Shown: positions 27,954 through 37,837, counted from the stretch's first letter. The stretch is 64,000 bases of DNA from Chloroflexota bacterium (GCA_005882045.1 VBHO01000010.1:680-64679), one strand, 5' to 3'. Numbers and translations are program-made. The notes: a model not told the origin generated them from the letters alone.

Positions 27954-30900
27954 CTACCAGCCGTACGGGCCGGCGGCGGCGGCCGAGTACTCCCGAGCCT
28001 CGCCGTGATTGACGATCGCCGCCCGGTAGAGCCGAATGTACTTCTCGGCCGAGTTGGCCCAGCTGACGTCGGTCGCCATCGCGTTGGCCTGTAGCCGCTG
28101 CCAGAGCTGTGGCTGGCGGAAGGTTTCGAGCGCCCGCACCACCTGGGCGAAGAGGTCCCAGTGGTCGTAGGCGCTGAAGACGAAACCGTTGCCGGTCTGC
28201 CGCACCGGGTCCCAGTCATCGATGGTGTCGGCGAGTCCGCCGGTGGCGCGCACGATCGGGATGGTCCCGTACCGAAGGCTGATCAGCTGGCCCAGCCCGC
28301 AAGGCTCGAACCGCGACGGCATCAGGAACATGTCGGAGCCCGCGTAGATGTGCTGGGCCAGCACCGGCTTGAAGCCGATGGTGGCGGAGACCTTCTGCGG
28401 GTTGTCGCGAGCGCTGGCGCGGAACATCTCCTCGTAACGCGAGTCGCCGGCGCCGAGCACGACGAGCTGGAGGTTCAGCCGCATCAACCCCCACATGATG
28501 TTCGCGATCAGGTCGAGCCCCTTCTGGTCGTAGAGGCGTGAGATCAGGCCGATGACCGGGATCGCCGGATCCTGCGGCAGCCCGGCCTCCTTCTGGAGCG
28601 CCAGCTTGTTCTCGACTTTCTTGTCGACGCTGCCGATGTCGTAGCGGGCGGCGATCGACGTGTCGACCGACGGGTTGAAGACTTCGTAGTCGATGCCGTT
28701 GATGATGCCGTGCAGCTTGCTGCCAAAGACCCGCAGCAGCGGGTCCATCTTCTCGCCGTACTCCGGCGTCAGGATCTCTTCCGCGTAGCGGTTGCTGACG
28801 GTGTTGATGACATCCGAGAAATAGATCCCGCGACCCAGCAGGTTGACGATGTCGTCGAGCCCTGGCATACCGGGCTTGATCAGCCCCCACTGCTCGAGAT
28901 CGGCCAGGTGGAGGGTGCCGTAACCGAAGACCCCCTGGAAGGCGAGGTTGTGAATGGTGAGAACGGTCGCGACATCGGCGAAAAACGGGTCGCCGGCATA
29001 GAGCCGAGCCAGCATGTTGGGGATGACGGCGGTGTGCCAGTCGTTGACGTGGATCACGTCGGGTTGAAAATCGAGCGGCCGCAGCATCTCGAGCGCGGCC
29101 CGGCTGAAATAGATGAAGCGCGCGTCATCGTCCCAGAAGCCGTACATGCCTTCGCGGCCGAAGAATTGCGGGTTGTCGATGAAGTAGATCGGCACCTCGC
29201 CACCGATCCGTCCCTCGAGCACGTCGGCGTTGACCGGTTGGTGCGCCAGGGGGACGCCGAGATTGGTCACGACCTTGCGTAGTCCGTACTTGTCGACATC
29301 GATGCTGCCGTAGCGGGGCATCACCACCCGGACGTCGTGCCCCATGGCCCGCAGCGCCTTCGGCAGCGCGCCCGCCACGTCGGCGAGCCCACCCACCTTG
29401 GCAAAGGGCGCGACCTCGGCCGACACCAGCAGGATCTTCAACGGCCGGTTCGGCCCGCCGTTGGCGACATCGCCCGGCACCCGGACCGCGATCGAGCCGG
29501 TTGGGGGTAACTGTTCGACCGGTTCGCCGTCCTGATGGGCGAGCGCCACCATGTGGAGGGTATCACCGGGGTCGTGGCCGAGAGCATGGAAGGGCACCGC
29601 GAACGCGATCGCGTCGGCGACCCTGGCGCGACCGGTCCAGCGAGACGTCCCGCCGCCCGGCGTCACGTCGTAAAGCTCGAGCTCGACGTCGCTCTCCCGT
29701 CGCTGCACCGTCAGTCGGAAGGCCGGCTCGAAACCGAAATCGGTGGTGGCGGGACCGCTCGGCGCCGCACTCCCGGAAAAGAACATCTCCAGCTTCATCG
29801 GGGGCGTCGCCTGGCGGTCGAGGAGGTCGAAGCGCAAATAGAGGTTGCGGTCGTCATGGCCGAACCAGATCCGGCGCACCGCACCGCGGGGTGGATGCAT
29901 GGCGCCGAAGAGCGCCGTCACGTCGACATAGCCGCCCGCGTTCCACTCGTCCTGGTCGACCCCACCGTTGAGCTTGGGGCTGATCTTCCGATCCGGCCGC
30001 TTGGTGGCCGCTCCCTCAGCGGCCCTCACGATCGGCTGGTAGAGACTCGCCGGTGGGCGTTCGCCGAGCGACATATATATGTTGCGCAGGTGAAGCCGGA
30101 AGAGGCTGTCCCAGATCTGGTCCATGCCGGAGTCGTGCGAGCGCCCGAACCACCAGAACCAATCGCTGCCTTCCGCGATCAGCACTTCTCGGCGCGCCGC
30201 TTTCAGTTGCTCGTGGTCGATGGCATCGCGCTCGCGCTCGCTGAAGAGATCGCGGGCGTCGGCCAGCATGTCCCAGGCGGCGTTGTGCTCCTGGTCACCG
30301 ACCCAGGTGTCGAACGAGGCGTTGATCCAGGACCCCGGATGAATGCGTGACAGCGAGCGGTCCGCCGGGAACTCCGAGAGAAACTCCGAAACGGTCACGG
30401 TCTTCAGTTCGGGCTCGCGGCTCAAGCGCGCGTAGAGCGAACGCAGGAACGGGTTACCGTTCGCTTCGTAGAAATCCCAGCAATTTTCGCCGTCGAGGGC
30501 GATCACGGCGAGGAAGGGGCTGTCCTTCTGGCGTTGCCCGATGGCCCTGAGTCGATCGACCAGGTCCTTGGCCGCCTCGTCGGGGGCCGAATTCTGATAC
30601 TCGAAGCCGATCGCGTTGGACAGGCGCCCGTCGCGGAACAGCAAGTGAATGGGCGGCGAACCACCGGCCTGCACGCGATAGGGCGCATAGAGCACCTCGG
30701 GTTGCATCACCTGCCCCTCGCCGTCGCGCGTGACCGAGCTCGAGAGCGAGCGGGCCAGGATGGCCTCATCGCTGAGCATCCACTCGATACCCTGGTCGGC
30801 CGCGAGTCGCACCACGTCCTCAGAGATGGCCTCTTCCGGTGGCCAGAGGCCGCGTGGTCGAATCCCGAAGCTGCGGGTGTGTGCCTCGATGCCACGACGC

Positions 30901-31658
30901 AGCTGTTCGGCGGCATCCTCCGGATGCGCGAAGGGCCGGTGGGGCATGGCCAGGTCCGGTCGCGCCACCCGCGCGATGCCGATGTCGGCGATCAGCGGGA
31001 GGATCGGGTGGTAGGTGGGGCTGGTGATCAGCTCGGCCTGGCCACGGTCCTGGACCTCGCGATAGGTGGGCAGCACCTTGCTCAGCAGTTGGAGCTGCGT
31101 GTCAAAGACGGGCCCCTTGTCGGCTTCCGCGAAGTCGCGGCCTCGCCGCACCAGCTCGGCGATGACGGGATCGCGCTCCATCACTTCCGGGCCGATCCAG
31201 GAGAGGTTGAACCACACCTGCAGGTCGCGCAGCTCGGCATCGCTGAAGAGGCGGGCCAGGTCAAGGGAACCGCGCGGCCAGGCCTGCTCGCGCTTTCGGA
31301 CCAGCTCGGCGTACCGCGGGTAATCCCGGACCCGACGGATCTGGCTCGACTCGGTCATCCAGCGCGCCACGAAGGCGCGCTCGTCCGCGCTCAGCTCCGC
31401 GACGGGACGGCGGGCAAGCTCGAGGTACACGTCGGAGAAACGACCGTCCGCATAGTCCTGCACCTGGGCGACCAGCGCCGGCACGAGGTTGAAGGTCTGC
31501 TTGATGGCCGGGTAGTCGGCGAGCAGCGCCGGCATCTTGTAGTAGTCCTTGGCGCAACGCAACCGTACCCAGGGGAGGAGGAACTGGTTTTGGAGGTCAT
31601 CCTTGTAATACGGCTGGTGCATGTGCCAGACGAACGCCACATGCAGGGGTCGCGTCAC
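27954..31658 (-). CDS. 1234-aa fusion protein: N-terminal GH57 glycoside hydrolase domain (alpha-amylase/4-alpha-glucanotransferase/branching-enzyme family) + C-terminal GT5 glycogen/starch synthase domain (GlgA-like).
   Basis: N-terminus MTRPLHVAFVWHMHQPYYKD (GH57 HxHQP motif). From about residue 745, KILLVSAEVAPFAKVGGLADVAGALPKALRAMGHDVRVVMPRYG (GlgA KxGGL motif) continues through a full GT5 domain. Single uninterrupted frame. Confidence 0.8.
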   Translation of the reverse strand: MTRPLHVAFVWHMHQPYYKDDLQNQFLLPWVRLRCAKDYYKMPALLADYPAIKQTFNLVPALVAQVQDYADGRFSDVYLELARRPVAELSADERAFVARWMTESSQIRRVRDYPRYAELVRKREQAWPRGSLDLARLFSDAELRDLQVWFNLSWIGPEVMERDPVIAELVRRGRDFAEADKGPVFDTQLQLLSKVLPTYREVQDRGQAELITSPTYHPILPLIADIGIARVARPDLAMPHRPFAHPEDAAEQLRRGIEAHTRSFGIRPRGLWPPEEAISEDVVRLAADQGIEWMLSDEAILARSLSSSVTRDGEGQVMQPEVLYAPYRVQAGGSPPIHLLFRDGRLSNAIGFEYQNSAPDEAAKDLVDRLRAIGQRQKDSPFLAVIALDGENCWDFYEANGNPFLRSLYARLSREPELKTVTVSEFLSEFPADRSLSRIHPGSWINASFDTWVGDQEHNAAWDMLADARDLFSERERDAIDHEQLKAARREVLIAEGSDWFWWFGRSHDSGMDQIWDSLFRLHLRNIYMSLGERPPASLYQPIVRAAEGAATKRPDRKISPKLNGGVDQDEWNAGGYVDVTALFGAMHPPRGAVRRIWFGHDDRNLYLRFDLLDRQATPPMKLEMFFSGSAAPSGPATTDFGFEPAFRLTVQRRESDVELELYDVTPGGGTSRWTGRARVADAIAFAVPFHALGHDPGDTLHMVALAHQDGEPVEQLPPTGSIAVRVPGDVANGGPNRPLKILLVSAEVAPFAKVGGLADVAGALPKALRAMGHDVRVVMPRYGSIDVDKYGLRKVVTNLGVPLAHQPVNADVLEGRIGGEVPIYFIDNPQFFGREGMYGFWDDDARFIYFSRAALEMLRPLDFQPDVIHVNDWHTAVIPNMLARLYAGDPFFADVATVLTIHNLAFQGVFGYGTLHLADLEQWGLIKPGMPGLDDIVNLLGRGIYFSDVINTVSNRYAEEILTPEYGEKMDPLLRVFGSKLHGIINGIDYEVFNPSVDTSIAARYDIGSVDKKVENKLALQKEAGLPQDPAIPVIGLISRLYDQKGLDLIANIMWGLMRLNLQLVVLGAGDSRYEEMFRASARDNPQKVSATIGFKPVLAQHIYAGSDMFLMPSRFEPCGLGQLISLRYGTIPIVRATGGLADTIDDWDPVRQTGNGFVFSAYDHWDLFAQVVRALETFRQPQLWQRLQANAMATDVSWANSAEKYIRLYRAAIVNHGEAREYSAAAAGPYGW

Positions 31659-31669
31659 GATCGAAGAGT

Positions 31670-32335
31670 CTAGCTAACCACCGCTTTTTTCAGCGGTTCG
31701 GGCAGCACCATCTTGTACACGTAAAACAGGCGCGGCGAGTACTCGACGGTGACGCGATCGCCCGGGCTGAGGCGTTGAAAGATGGCGCGGTTGACCCGGA
31801 AGGAGTCCGCCCACAGGCGTTTGGCCATCGCCTTGTCTCCCGTCTGCACGGCGATCCGGTAGCTGCGGCCGAAGACACCCGCGTCACGCCGCATCCCGAC
31901 CACCAGGCCGACCATCGAGGACCGGCGGGCGGCCAGGTCCAGGGTCGCGCGGATCAAGACCGATAATCCCAGCGGGACCAGCACGGTGGAGACGGCGATG
32001 GTAAAGATCATCATGGTCGTCGCCACCGAGTTGACCGGATGCACGACCGAGTCGAACAGCCGCGGACCAAGCGCGGCTGCCGCCGCGCAGCCAAGCGCCA
32101 CCGAGGCGAGACCGCCGATGGCCGCGAGGCGCGGGGACTCGCCATGGCTGATCGACCACAGGTGCCATTTCACGCGCGGCCGCATCGGCCGGCCGTCGGG
32201 GCCGACCGCGATCATCAGGTGTCCCCAGGGCAGCGCGCCATGCGCCAGGCGGAGGATCAGCAGTGAGCCCAACGCCACGGCGACCAGTGACAGATCGATG
32301 ACGGCCGGCAACGCCGGCACGGGCAAGGAAGGCAC
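31670..32335 (-). CDS. Hypothetical polytopic membrane protein.
   Basis: Several hydrophobic helices, no recognisable motif. Lies between the GH57-GlgA fusion and the receiver-domain gene on the same strand. Confidence 0.5.
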   Translation of the reverse strand: MPSLPVPALPAVIDLSLVAVALGSLLILRLAHGALPWGHLMIAVGPDGRPMRPRVKWHLWSISHGESPRLAAIGGLASVALGCAAAAALGPRLFDSVVHPVNSVATTMMIFTIAVSTVLVPLGLSVLIRATLDLAARRSSMVGLVVGMRRDAGVFGRSYRIAVQTGDKAMAKRLWADSFRVNRAIFQRLSPGDRVTVEYSPRLFYVYKMVLPEPLKKAVVS

Positions 32336-32399
32336 CCTTGCGGTATAACCGGCCGGCGGAGCCGACCTTGCAGCGGTCGAATACAGGTTGTATTCGCGG

Positions 32400-32804
32400 C
32401 TAGTGAGTCCGCGCGCTCACGTACTGGCGAACCTTGTCCCGCAGCCTCGGCAGGGGATCGGTCTTCAGGAAGTACTCGTCGCAGCCCGCCCGTCGCGCTT
32501 CCTCGGGCGTCGCCATGCCGGCGGTGTAGACGATCACCTTGATGCCGGCCGAGTACTCGCTAGACCGGATCTTCCGGCACAACTGCAGGCCGTCGAGGCC
32601 CGGCATCTGGATGTCGGCCACCACCACCGACGGCTGCCACTCGAGGCAAAGGCGCCAGGCCTCGTCACCGTCCTTGGCCTCCATCACCTCGTGACCATCC
32701 AGCTCGAGGAGCGTCCGTAACATGGTCCGGACATCGCGGTCGTCATCCGCCACGACCACTGGGGGAAAATCGCTGCCGGGAACAGACGCTGGGACACTAC
32801 TCAT
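32400..32804 (-). CDS. Stand-alone response-regulator receiver domain (CheY-like).
   Basis: VVVADDDRDVRTMLRTLLELDGHEVMEAKDGDEAW...VVVADIQMPGLDGLQLCRKIR...IKVIVYTAG. No output domain. Confidence 0.8.
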   Translation of the reverse strand: MSSVPASVPGSDFPPVVVADDDRDVRTMLRTLLELDGHEVMEAKDGDEAWRLCLEWQPSVVVADIQMPGLDGLQLCRKIRSSEYSAGIKVIVYTAGMATPEEARRAGCDEYFLKTDPLPRLRDKVRQYVSARTH

Positions 32805-32867
32805 CGGAGTCCCCTCCTCGCCATTCCATTCGAAATTCTAGGTCGGATGTCTATCAGACAGCAAGGG

Positions 32868-34073
32868 TCACGCGTACTCGTCCATGGCGCGCAGGAAGTT
32901 GACGTAGACGCGCTGCTGCTCGCGGAGGATGCCAAGGCCGCCCAGCTCCCACCACTCGTCCGGGGTGAAGTAGGCCGAGACCTCGGCCTGGCTGCCGCTC
33001 TTGGAAAACCACTGGATCAGGTGGAGGTTGTCCGACTGCAGCAGCCACATCGCGATGTCCATCAGGTGGGGGTGCTTGGTGAGCTTCGCCTTGTTGTAGA
33101 TGTGGTGCATCAGGCGGAAGATGCCCTGCTGGGCCTCGTTGCCCAGGAAGAAATCCATGCCGCCGTCGCCGGCCCAGGTGCAGCCGTACTCGGGCAGCGG
33201 CATCTCGTGGGCGTCCTTGAAGGTGGCGATCGCCTCCGAGGGGGTCAGGTACTTCATCTTGTTCTTGACCAGGTCGTCGTGGAGCGCGTGCATGAAGGGG
33301 AAAATCCCCGAGTCGGCGCGGTGGTGCTCGCCGAAGGTCTCGAAGTCCCAGGCGAGGAAGACGACCTCCCCCATGGCGCCGCGGAGCCAGTTGGCGTAGG
33401 TGTCGGCCATCAGCGGCCAGCCGTTCCACTCGCGGTTACTGAACCGGTATCCGACGTCGTCACTCAGCTCGTAGTGCCGGGTCAGGAGCCGCATCTCCTC
33501 ATTGGGGTAGCGGTAAAGGTGGGTCGGCTCGCGCCAGCCCATCACCCAGGGCCGGCCGTCCATGACGGCGCCCTTGAAGCCACTCGCCTGCAGCTGGAAA
33601 TAGACGTCGTTCGACATGAACATCTCGGTCGTGTCGGTGACGGCGATCGTCTTCTGGAAAGTCTCCTCGAGCTGCCGCTTGCCCCAGGCCATCCGCTCCG
33701 CGAAGGCCGCGATGTCGAGATAGAAGATGAAGGAGTGGTAGGGCTCGACCGCCACCAGCTCGACGTTCTCGTGACTGACCAGCTTCTGAAAGCCCACCAG
33801 CACGTCCGGACCGTAGCGTCGCATCTGAAGTAGGAGTGAGACCGAGAATCCGAGCGAGATCTTCATGCCCTTGTCGACCAGCGACTGAAAGAGCTCGGTG
33901 GCGGGCCGATAGCAGTACTTCGCCACCTTGTCGAAGTAGCGCCGGTCCATCTGGTCATCGAAGATCAGCGCGTCCATCTTCTCGGGCGGGGTGCCGCGCG
34001 GAATCAGCAGCGCCGGCAGGCGGACCCGCCGGGGCTGGTGCGCGACCATGTAGATCACGAGCGAGTTCGGCAC
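32868..34073 (-). CDS. GH57-family glycoside hydrolase (second copy, single domain).
   Basis: N-terminal LVIYMVAHQPRR (HQP motif). WDFETFGEHH catalytic-region motif typical of GH57. Confidence 0.7.
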   Translation of the reverse strand: MPNSLVIYMVAHQPRRVRLPALLIPRGTPPEKMDALIFDDQMDRRYFDKVAKYCYRPATELFQSLVDKGMKISLGFSVSLLLQMRRYGPDVLVGFQKLVSHENVELVAVEPYHSFIFYLDIAAFAERMAWGKRQLEETFQKTIAVTDTTEMFMSNDVYFQLQASGFKGAVMDGRPWVMGWREPTHLYRYPNEEMRLLTRHYELSDDVGYRFSNREWNGWPLMADTYANWLRGAMGEVVFLAWDFETFGEHHRADSGIFPFMHALHDDLVKNKMKYLTPSEAIATFKDAHEMPLPEYGCTWAGDGGMDFFLGNEAQQGIFRLMHHIYNKAKLTKHPHLMDIAMWLLQSDNLHLIQWFSKSGSQAEVSAYFTPDEWWELGGLGILREQQRVYVNFLRAMDEYA

Positions 34074-34086
34074 GGGCTCTATCCTC

Positions 34087-35370
34087 TCATGGCGTTTTGA
34101 GCCCTTGCTTGAGGGCGACGAACTCCAGGCGCTGCAGCAGGATGTCGATCACGCGTTGCCAGGTGTAGTCACGCGCGGTCCGCTGCGCGGCGATCCGCAG
34201 GTTGCGCGCGGCTTCCGGGCGGGCGGCCAGGTTGGTGACATAGGCGACGATCTCCGCCGCGTCCTCGGTCTCGATCACGATCGCGTTCTTGAAGGGCTGG
34301 GCGTATTCCTCGCCCGTGGCCCCGACGAAGGCGACGCCGCCGGAGGCCATCGCTTCCAGGCCGACCAGGCCGAACGGCTCGTGGCCGCTGTTGGCCAGGG
34401 TCGCGGTGGCCGAGGCGTAGAGCACCGGGAGTAAGTCGTCAGGCAGAAACGCCGTCACGTTCCAGATGTCGGCGTCGGCATGCTCCTTGAGCGCGCTCGC
34501 CAACCCCGCCACGTCCTCGATCCGGGTGGAGAGCGGCGCCACGCGCAGGCCGCGTTGCCTGGCAAAGTCCAGCACCTCACCACCGAACGGCTCCAGTCCG
34601 CCCCGCATTAGCAGCCGTGCCCCGATCCGACGATCCTTCAACTGGGCGACCGCGGCGATCGCCTGGTGCCAGCGCTTGTCGGGACTGAACCGCCCGATCT
34701 TGAAGAGGAAGGCGGGGACGGCCACCGCGGCGCGAACCGCCCGCACCTGCGCCTGGCTGACCCGCGCCATCATCGACCCGGGGATGCCGTTGGGCACCAC
34801 GATCGGGTTCACCCCCCAGCGCCACATGATGTGCTTCATGTAGCGGCTTACCGTCATCAGCGTGGCGACGAAGCCGAGTTGGCCCCAGTTGATGCGGTTG
34901 AACGAGAAGTGGTTGTTGGCGTTCCACAACAGCAGGCAGCGATCGCGGAGCCCGGCGAAATAGAGCGCGTCCGAGATCAGCGACATGGCGTGCGCGATGT
35001 GCCACTCCTCGCCAAGCACCACCACCGTGTGGCCGCGCGCGATCGCCGGCTTGATGTAATCCTTGACCAGCGCGTCGGGCAGGCTGCGGTTCAGGTCCGC
35101 CACCTTGTCGTCCTCGCCGTCGTAGACGCCCACCGGGTGATAGCGGCTGATCCACTGGCTCCAGCGATGGAGCCAGAGCCGGCCATCGAGGGCGCTCTCG
35201 TGCGCCGGGAGCGTCGGATCACCAACGAAGAACAGGTGGGTCTCGAAGCCGCGTTCCGCCAGGGCACGGGAGAGCTCCTTCACCCGCACGCCGAGCCCGC
35301 CGGCCTGGGAATAGACATCCGGGCCTTCGAAGGAGAGGATGATGAAGGTCGTCTGCTCTGGCTCGAGCAT
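34087..35370 (-). CDS. GT4 glycosyltransferase, sucrose-phosphate-synthase-like (sugar-phosphate glycoside synthase family).
   Basis: N-terminal FIILSFEGPDVYSQAGGLGVRVKELSRALAERGFETHLF resembles the SPS/GT4 N-domain. C-terminal GT4 E-x7-E region (SGHEPFGLVGLEAMASGGVAFV). Confidence 0.65.
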   Translation of the reverse strand: MLEPEQTTFIILSFEGPDVYSQAGGLGVRVKELSRALAERGFETHLFFVGDPTLPAHESALDGRLWLHRWSQWISRYHPVGVYDGEDDKVADLNRSLPDALVKDYIKPAIARGHTVVVLGEEWHIAHAMSLISDALYFAGLRDRCLLLWNANNHFSFNRINWGQLGFVATLMTVSRYMKHIMWRWGVNPIVVPNGIPGSMMARVSQAQVRAVRAAVAVPAFLFKIGRFSPDKRWHQAIAAVAQLKDRRIGARLLMRGGLEPFGGEVLDFARQRGLRVAPLSTRIEDVAGLASALKEHADADIWNVTAFLPDDLLPVLYASATATLANSGHEPFGLVGLEAMASGGVAFVGATGEEYAQPFKNAIVIETEDAAEIVAYVTNLAARPEAARNLRIAAQRTARDYTWQRVIDILLQRLEFVALKQGLKTP

Positions 35371-36197
35371 CAGGGCACCCGCTCCCCCACCAGCTGGCGG
35401 GCAAAGGCATGGACCTGCGCGGAGAGTGACGCCAGCACGGTCGTCCTCGAATCGAGGCGCACCGAAACGCCCTCCAGCGGATCCCCGTCGTAGTCGGTCG
35501 CGACCCCGCCAGCCTCCCGGAGGATCAGCAGCGGCCCGGCCAGGTCGAAGGCGCGAACCGGCGCGGGCGTCGCCTGGAGTGCAACGCCGCCGGCTGCCGT
35601 GTGGCAGAGGTTCAGCGCCGCCGAGCCAAGCTGGCGGACCTTTTCCGCCTTCGCGAAGATGGCCGCGGCGCGTTCGCGCGGCTCGACGCCGCTGGGGGCA
35701 TCGAACGAAACCAGCGGAATTGACCGACCATCGAAGGCGGCCGGACTCGGCTGGAGCGGCTTCCCATTTCGAAAGGCGCCGGCGCCCTCGATCGCGTGGA
35801 ACTCGTCGGCGGTCACCAGGTTCTGGACGTAGCCGAGGCGCACCTCCCGGAATCGGTCACCCTCGGTGACAGCCAGCACGACGGCATAGTACGGCAGTCC
35901 CATTTTGGCGTTGACGCTGCCGTCCAGGGGGTCGCAAAGGACGAGCGCCGAGCCACCGAAGTCACGTTCGCCGAGCTCTTCCGAGATCAAGTGAAAACGC
36001 AAACCGCTGCGATAGGCTTGCTCCAGGTGGCGCACGACAATCCCTTCGGCGAGCTGGTCGAGATAGATCGTCCGGTCGCCGCCCGCGCCAAGGCCGACCA
36101 CCTCGCGGCCGCGCACCGTGCCCGCCAGGGGCACGATCTCGGCGCGGATCTCCGCGGCGATGGCGCGGAAAATCGGAAGCCAGGCTTGTGAAGTCAC
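35370..36197 (-). CDS. Inositol-monophosphatase/FBPase-family (IMPase-like) phosphatase.
   Basis: Metal-binding motifs ISEELGE and LCDPLDGSVN. C-terminal CHTAAGGVAL (WD-x-AAG-like). Start overlaps the GT4 stop. Confidence 0.7.
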   Translation of the reverse strand: MTSQAWLPIFRAIAAEIRAEIVPLAGTVRGREVVGLGAGGDRTIYLDQLAEGIVVRHLEQAYRSGLRFHLISEELGERDFGGSALVLCDPLDGSVNAKMGLPYYAVVLAVTEGDRFREVRLGYVQNLVTADEFHAIEGAGAFRNGKPLQPSPAAFDGRSIPLVSFDAPSGVEPRERAAAIFAKAEKVRQLGSAALNLCHTAAGGVALQATPAPVRAFDLAGPLLILREAGGVATDYDGDPLEGVSVRLDSRTTVLASLSAQVHAFARQLVGERVP

Positions 36198-37354
36198 TCA
36201 GCGCGACGGCCGGCAAGCCGTTGCGTCGCTATGGTACCCGAACATTAGCGATCGGGGGGCCGATCCCTGATCGAATCCGGCCCTGGCTCGGCCTTCTCCT
36301 CCTGGCCCTGCTGGTCAAGGCGGTGCTCATCGCCCTCACGCTGGTCGAATTCGGCGCGGCGCCCGATCCGCTGACCGCCCTCGGCCGCGCCTGGGACCGC
36401 TGGGACGCGCAGCACTACCTGTACCTCGCTACCCACGGATACGGTGCGACCGGCGATGCGCGCAACCTGATCGCCTTCTTCCCCCTCTATCCGGCGCTGA
36501 TCAGCGCCATCGCGGCGACCGGCCTCCCCGCGCGCACGGCCGCCCTCGTGATCAGCAATGTCGCCGGCGTGGTGGCCGCCATCCTGCTCTATGAGATCGC
36601 TCGGCACGACCTGCGCGAGAACGCCGCCTTTCGGGCCGCCGCCTTCTTCGTCGTCTTCCCGACCGCCTATTTCCTCCTCGTCGGTTACACGGAAGCGCTC
36701 TTCTGCGCACTCGCCTTCGGCGCGGTCCTCGCGGCGCGACGGCAGCGTTGGCTGGTTGCGGGGATGCTAGGAGGCCTCGCCGCCGCCGCCCGCCTCACCG
36801 GGCTCGCGCTGCTCCCGTTTCTCGTGATCGAGCTCTTTTATGCGCGGCGATCGCTGCGCGAAGCGTGGCAGGTGATCCTCGCGCCAGCGTTGATCGTGGT
36901 TGGCTTCCTGACCTACCTTCTGACCAACCTGCTCGTCCTCGGCGATGCCTTCGCCTTCATCAGCGTGCAGCGCCAGCACTGGTCGCATTCGGTAGCGGCG
37001 CCCTGGGTCGGTTTTGCCGAGGCGATCCGGGGCATCAGCTGGCGGGTGCCGTGGGAGAAGCTGACCGTCGGTGGCGGCGAGGCCGCCGGCGGGATCGCGG
37101 CCTATGCGACGACGGCCCTCAGCTGGCTACGGCTCCGGCCATCGGATGCCGCCTACGCCACGGTGCTCACCGTGATGGTGACCTTTCTGCCCTTCTGGCT
37201 GAGCATCCCGCGCTATCTCCTGGCGATGTATCCCCTCTTCCTCCTCGTGGGACGGATCAACCAGCGATGGATCTACCTGGCGATGGTGGCGGTCTCTTTC
37301 GTGAGCCTGATGGTCTTCGGGCTCGCCTTCGGCCGCGGCTACTGGGCCTTCTAG
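36188..37354 (+). CDS. Integral membrane glycosyltransferase, GT-C superfamily (PIG-V/GT76- or DUF2029/GT87-like mannosyltransferase).
   Basis: About 10 TM helices. First-loop motif WDRWDAQHYLYLATHGY typical of GT-C mannosyltransferases. Divergent from the IMPase gene; true start uncertain. Confidence 0.55.
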   Translation: MKSLSATAGKPLRRYGTRTLAIGGPIPDRIRPWLGLLLLALLVKAVLIALTLVEFGAAPDPLTALGRAWDRWDAQHYLYLATHGYGATGDARNLIAFFPLYPALISAIAATGLPARTAALVISNVAGVVAAILLYEIARHDLRENAAFRAAAFFVVFPTAYFLLVGYTEALFCALAFGAVLAARRQRWLVAGMLGGLAAAARLTGLALLPFLVIELFYARRSLREAWQVILAPALIVVGFLTYLLTNLLVLGDAFAFISVQRQHWSHSVAAPWVGFAEAIRGISWRVPWEKLTVGGGEAAGGIAAYATTALSWLRLRPSDAAYATVLTVMVTFLPFWLSIPRYLLAMYPLFLLVGRINQRWIYLAMVAVSFVSLMVFGLAFGRGYWAF

Positions 37355-37812
37355 GCGAGCAACCTGCGCAAGGCCTCGACGTCTTCGTGTAGAACGTGGT
37401 CGTCGATGGGCGGTGGGTCATGTTCAGGGAAAGGAAAGGGCCAGCCCGGCCGGGGATCGTCGGCGTAGCGAGGGATGATATGCGCGTGCAGATGCGGAAG
37501 GGAATTCCCGAGGACGTTGTAGTTCATCTTCACCGGCTTCAGTTGCGTCTCGAGCGCCTGGGCGACGCGGAGCACCTCGAGCCAGTACGCAGACGCATCG
37601 GTTGTCGAGAGTTCCGTCGGCTCGGCGACATGGCGACCGCGCCAGACGACGACCGTGTAACCGCGCTGGATGTTGGCACGCTGCAGGTACGCATCCGACA
37701 CCCGACCCGCGAAGAAGCGCACACCCCACCGTGTCTCATCGGGCCGACCCTGTCGGCACATCTCGCAGCCTTCGCCACGCTTGAGGGCATAGAAAGACGC
37801 CGGCCACTCCAC
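37351..37812 (-). CDS. HIT-family (histidine triad) nucleotide hydrolase/transferase.
   Basis: Histidine triad NSLPHLHAHIIPR. 153 aa. Confidence 0.8.
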   Translation of the reverse strand: MEWPASFYALKRGEGCEMCRQGRPDETRWGVRFFAGRVSDAYLQRANIQRGYTVVVWRGRHVAEPTELSTTDASAYWLEVLRVAQALETQLKPVKMNYNVLGNSLPHLHAHIIPRYADDPRPGWPFPFPEHDPPPIDDHVLHEDVEALRRLLA

Positions 37813-37837
37813 CTGCGAGCCAACCTACCATAGCCCC

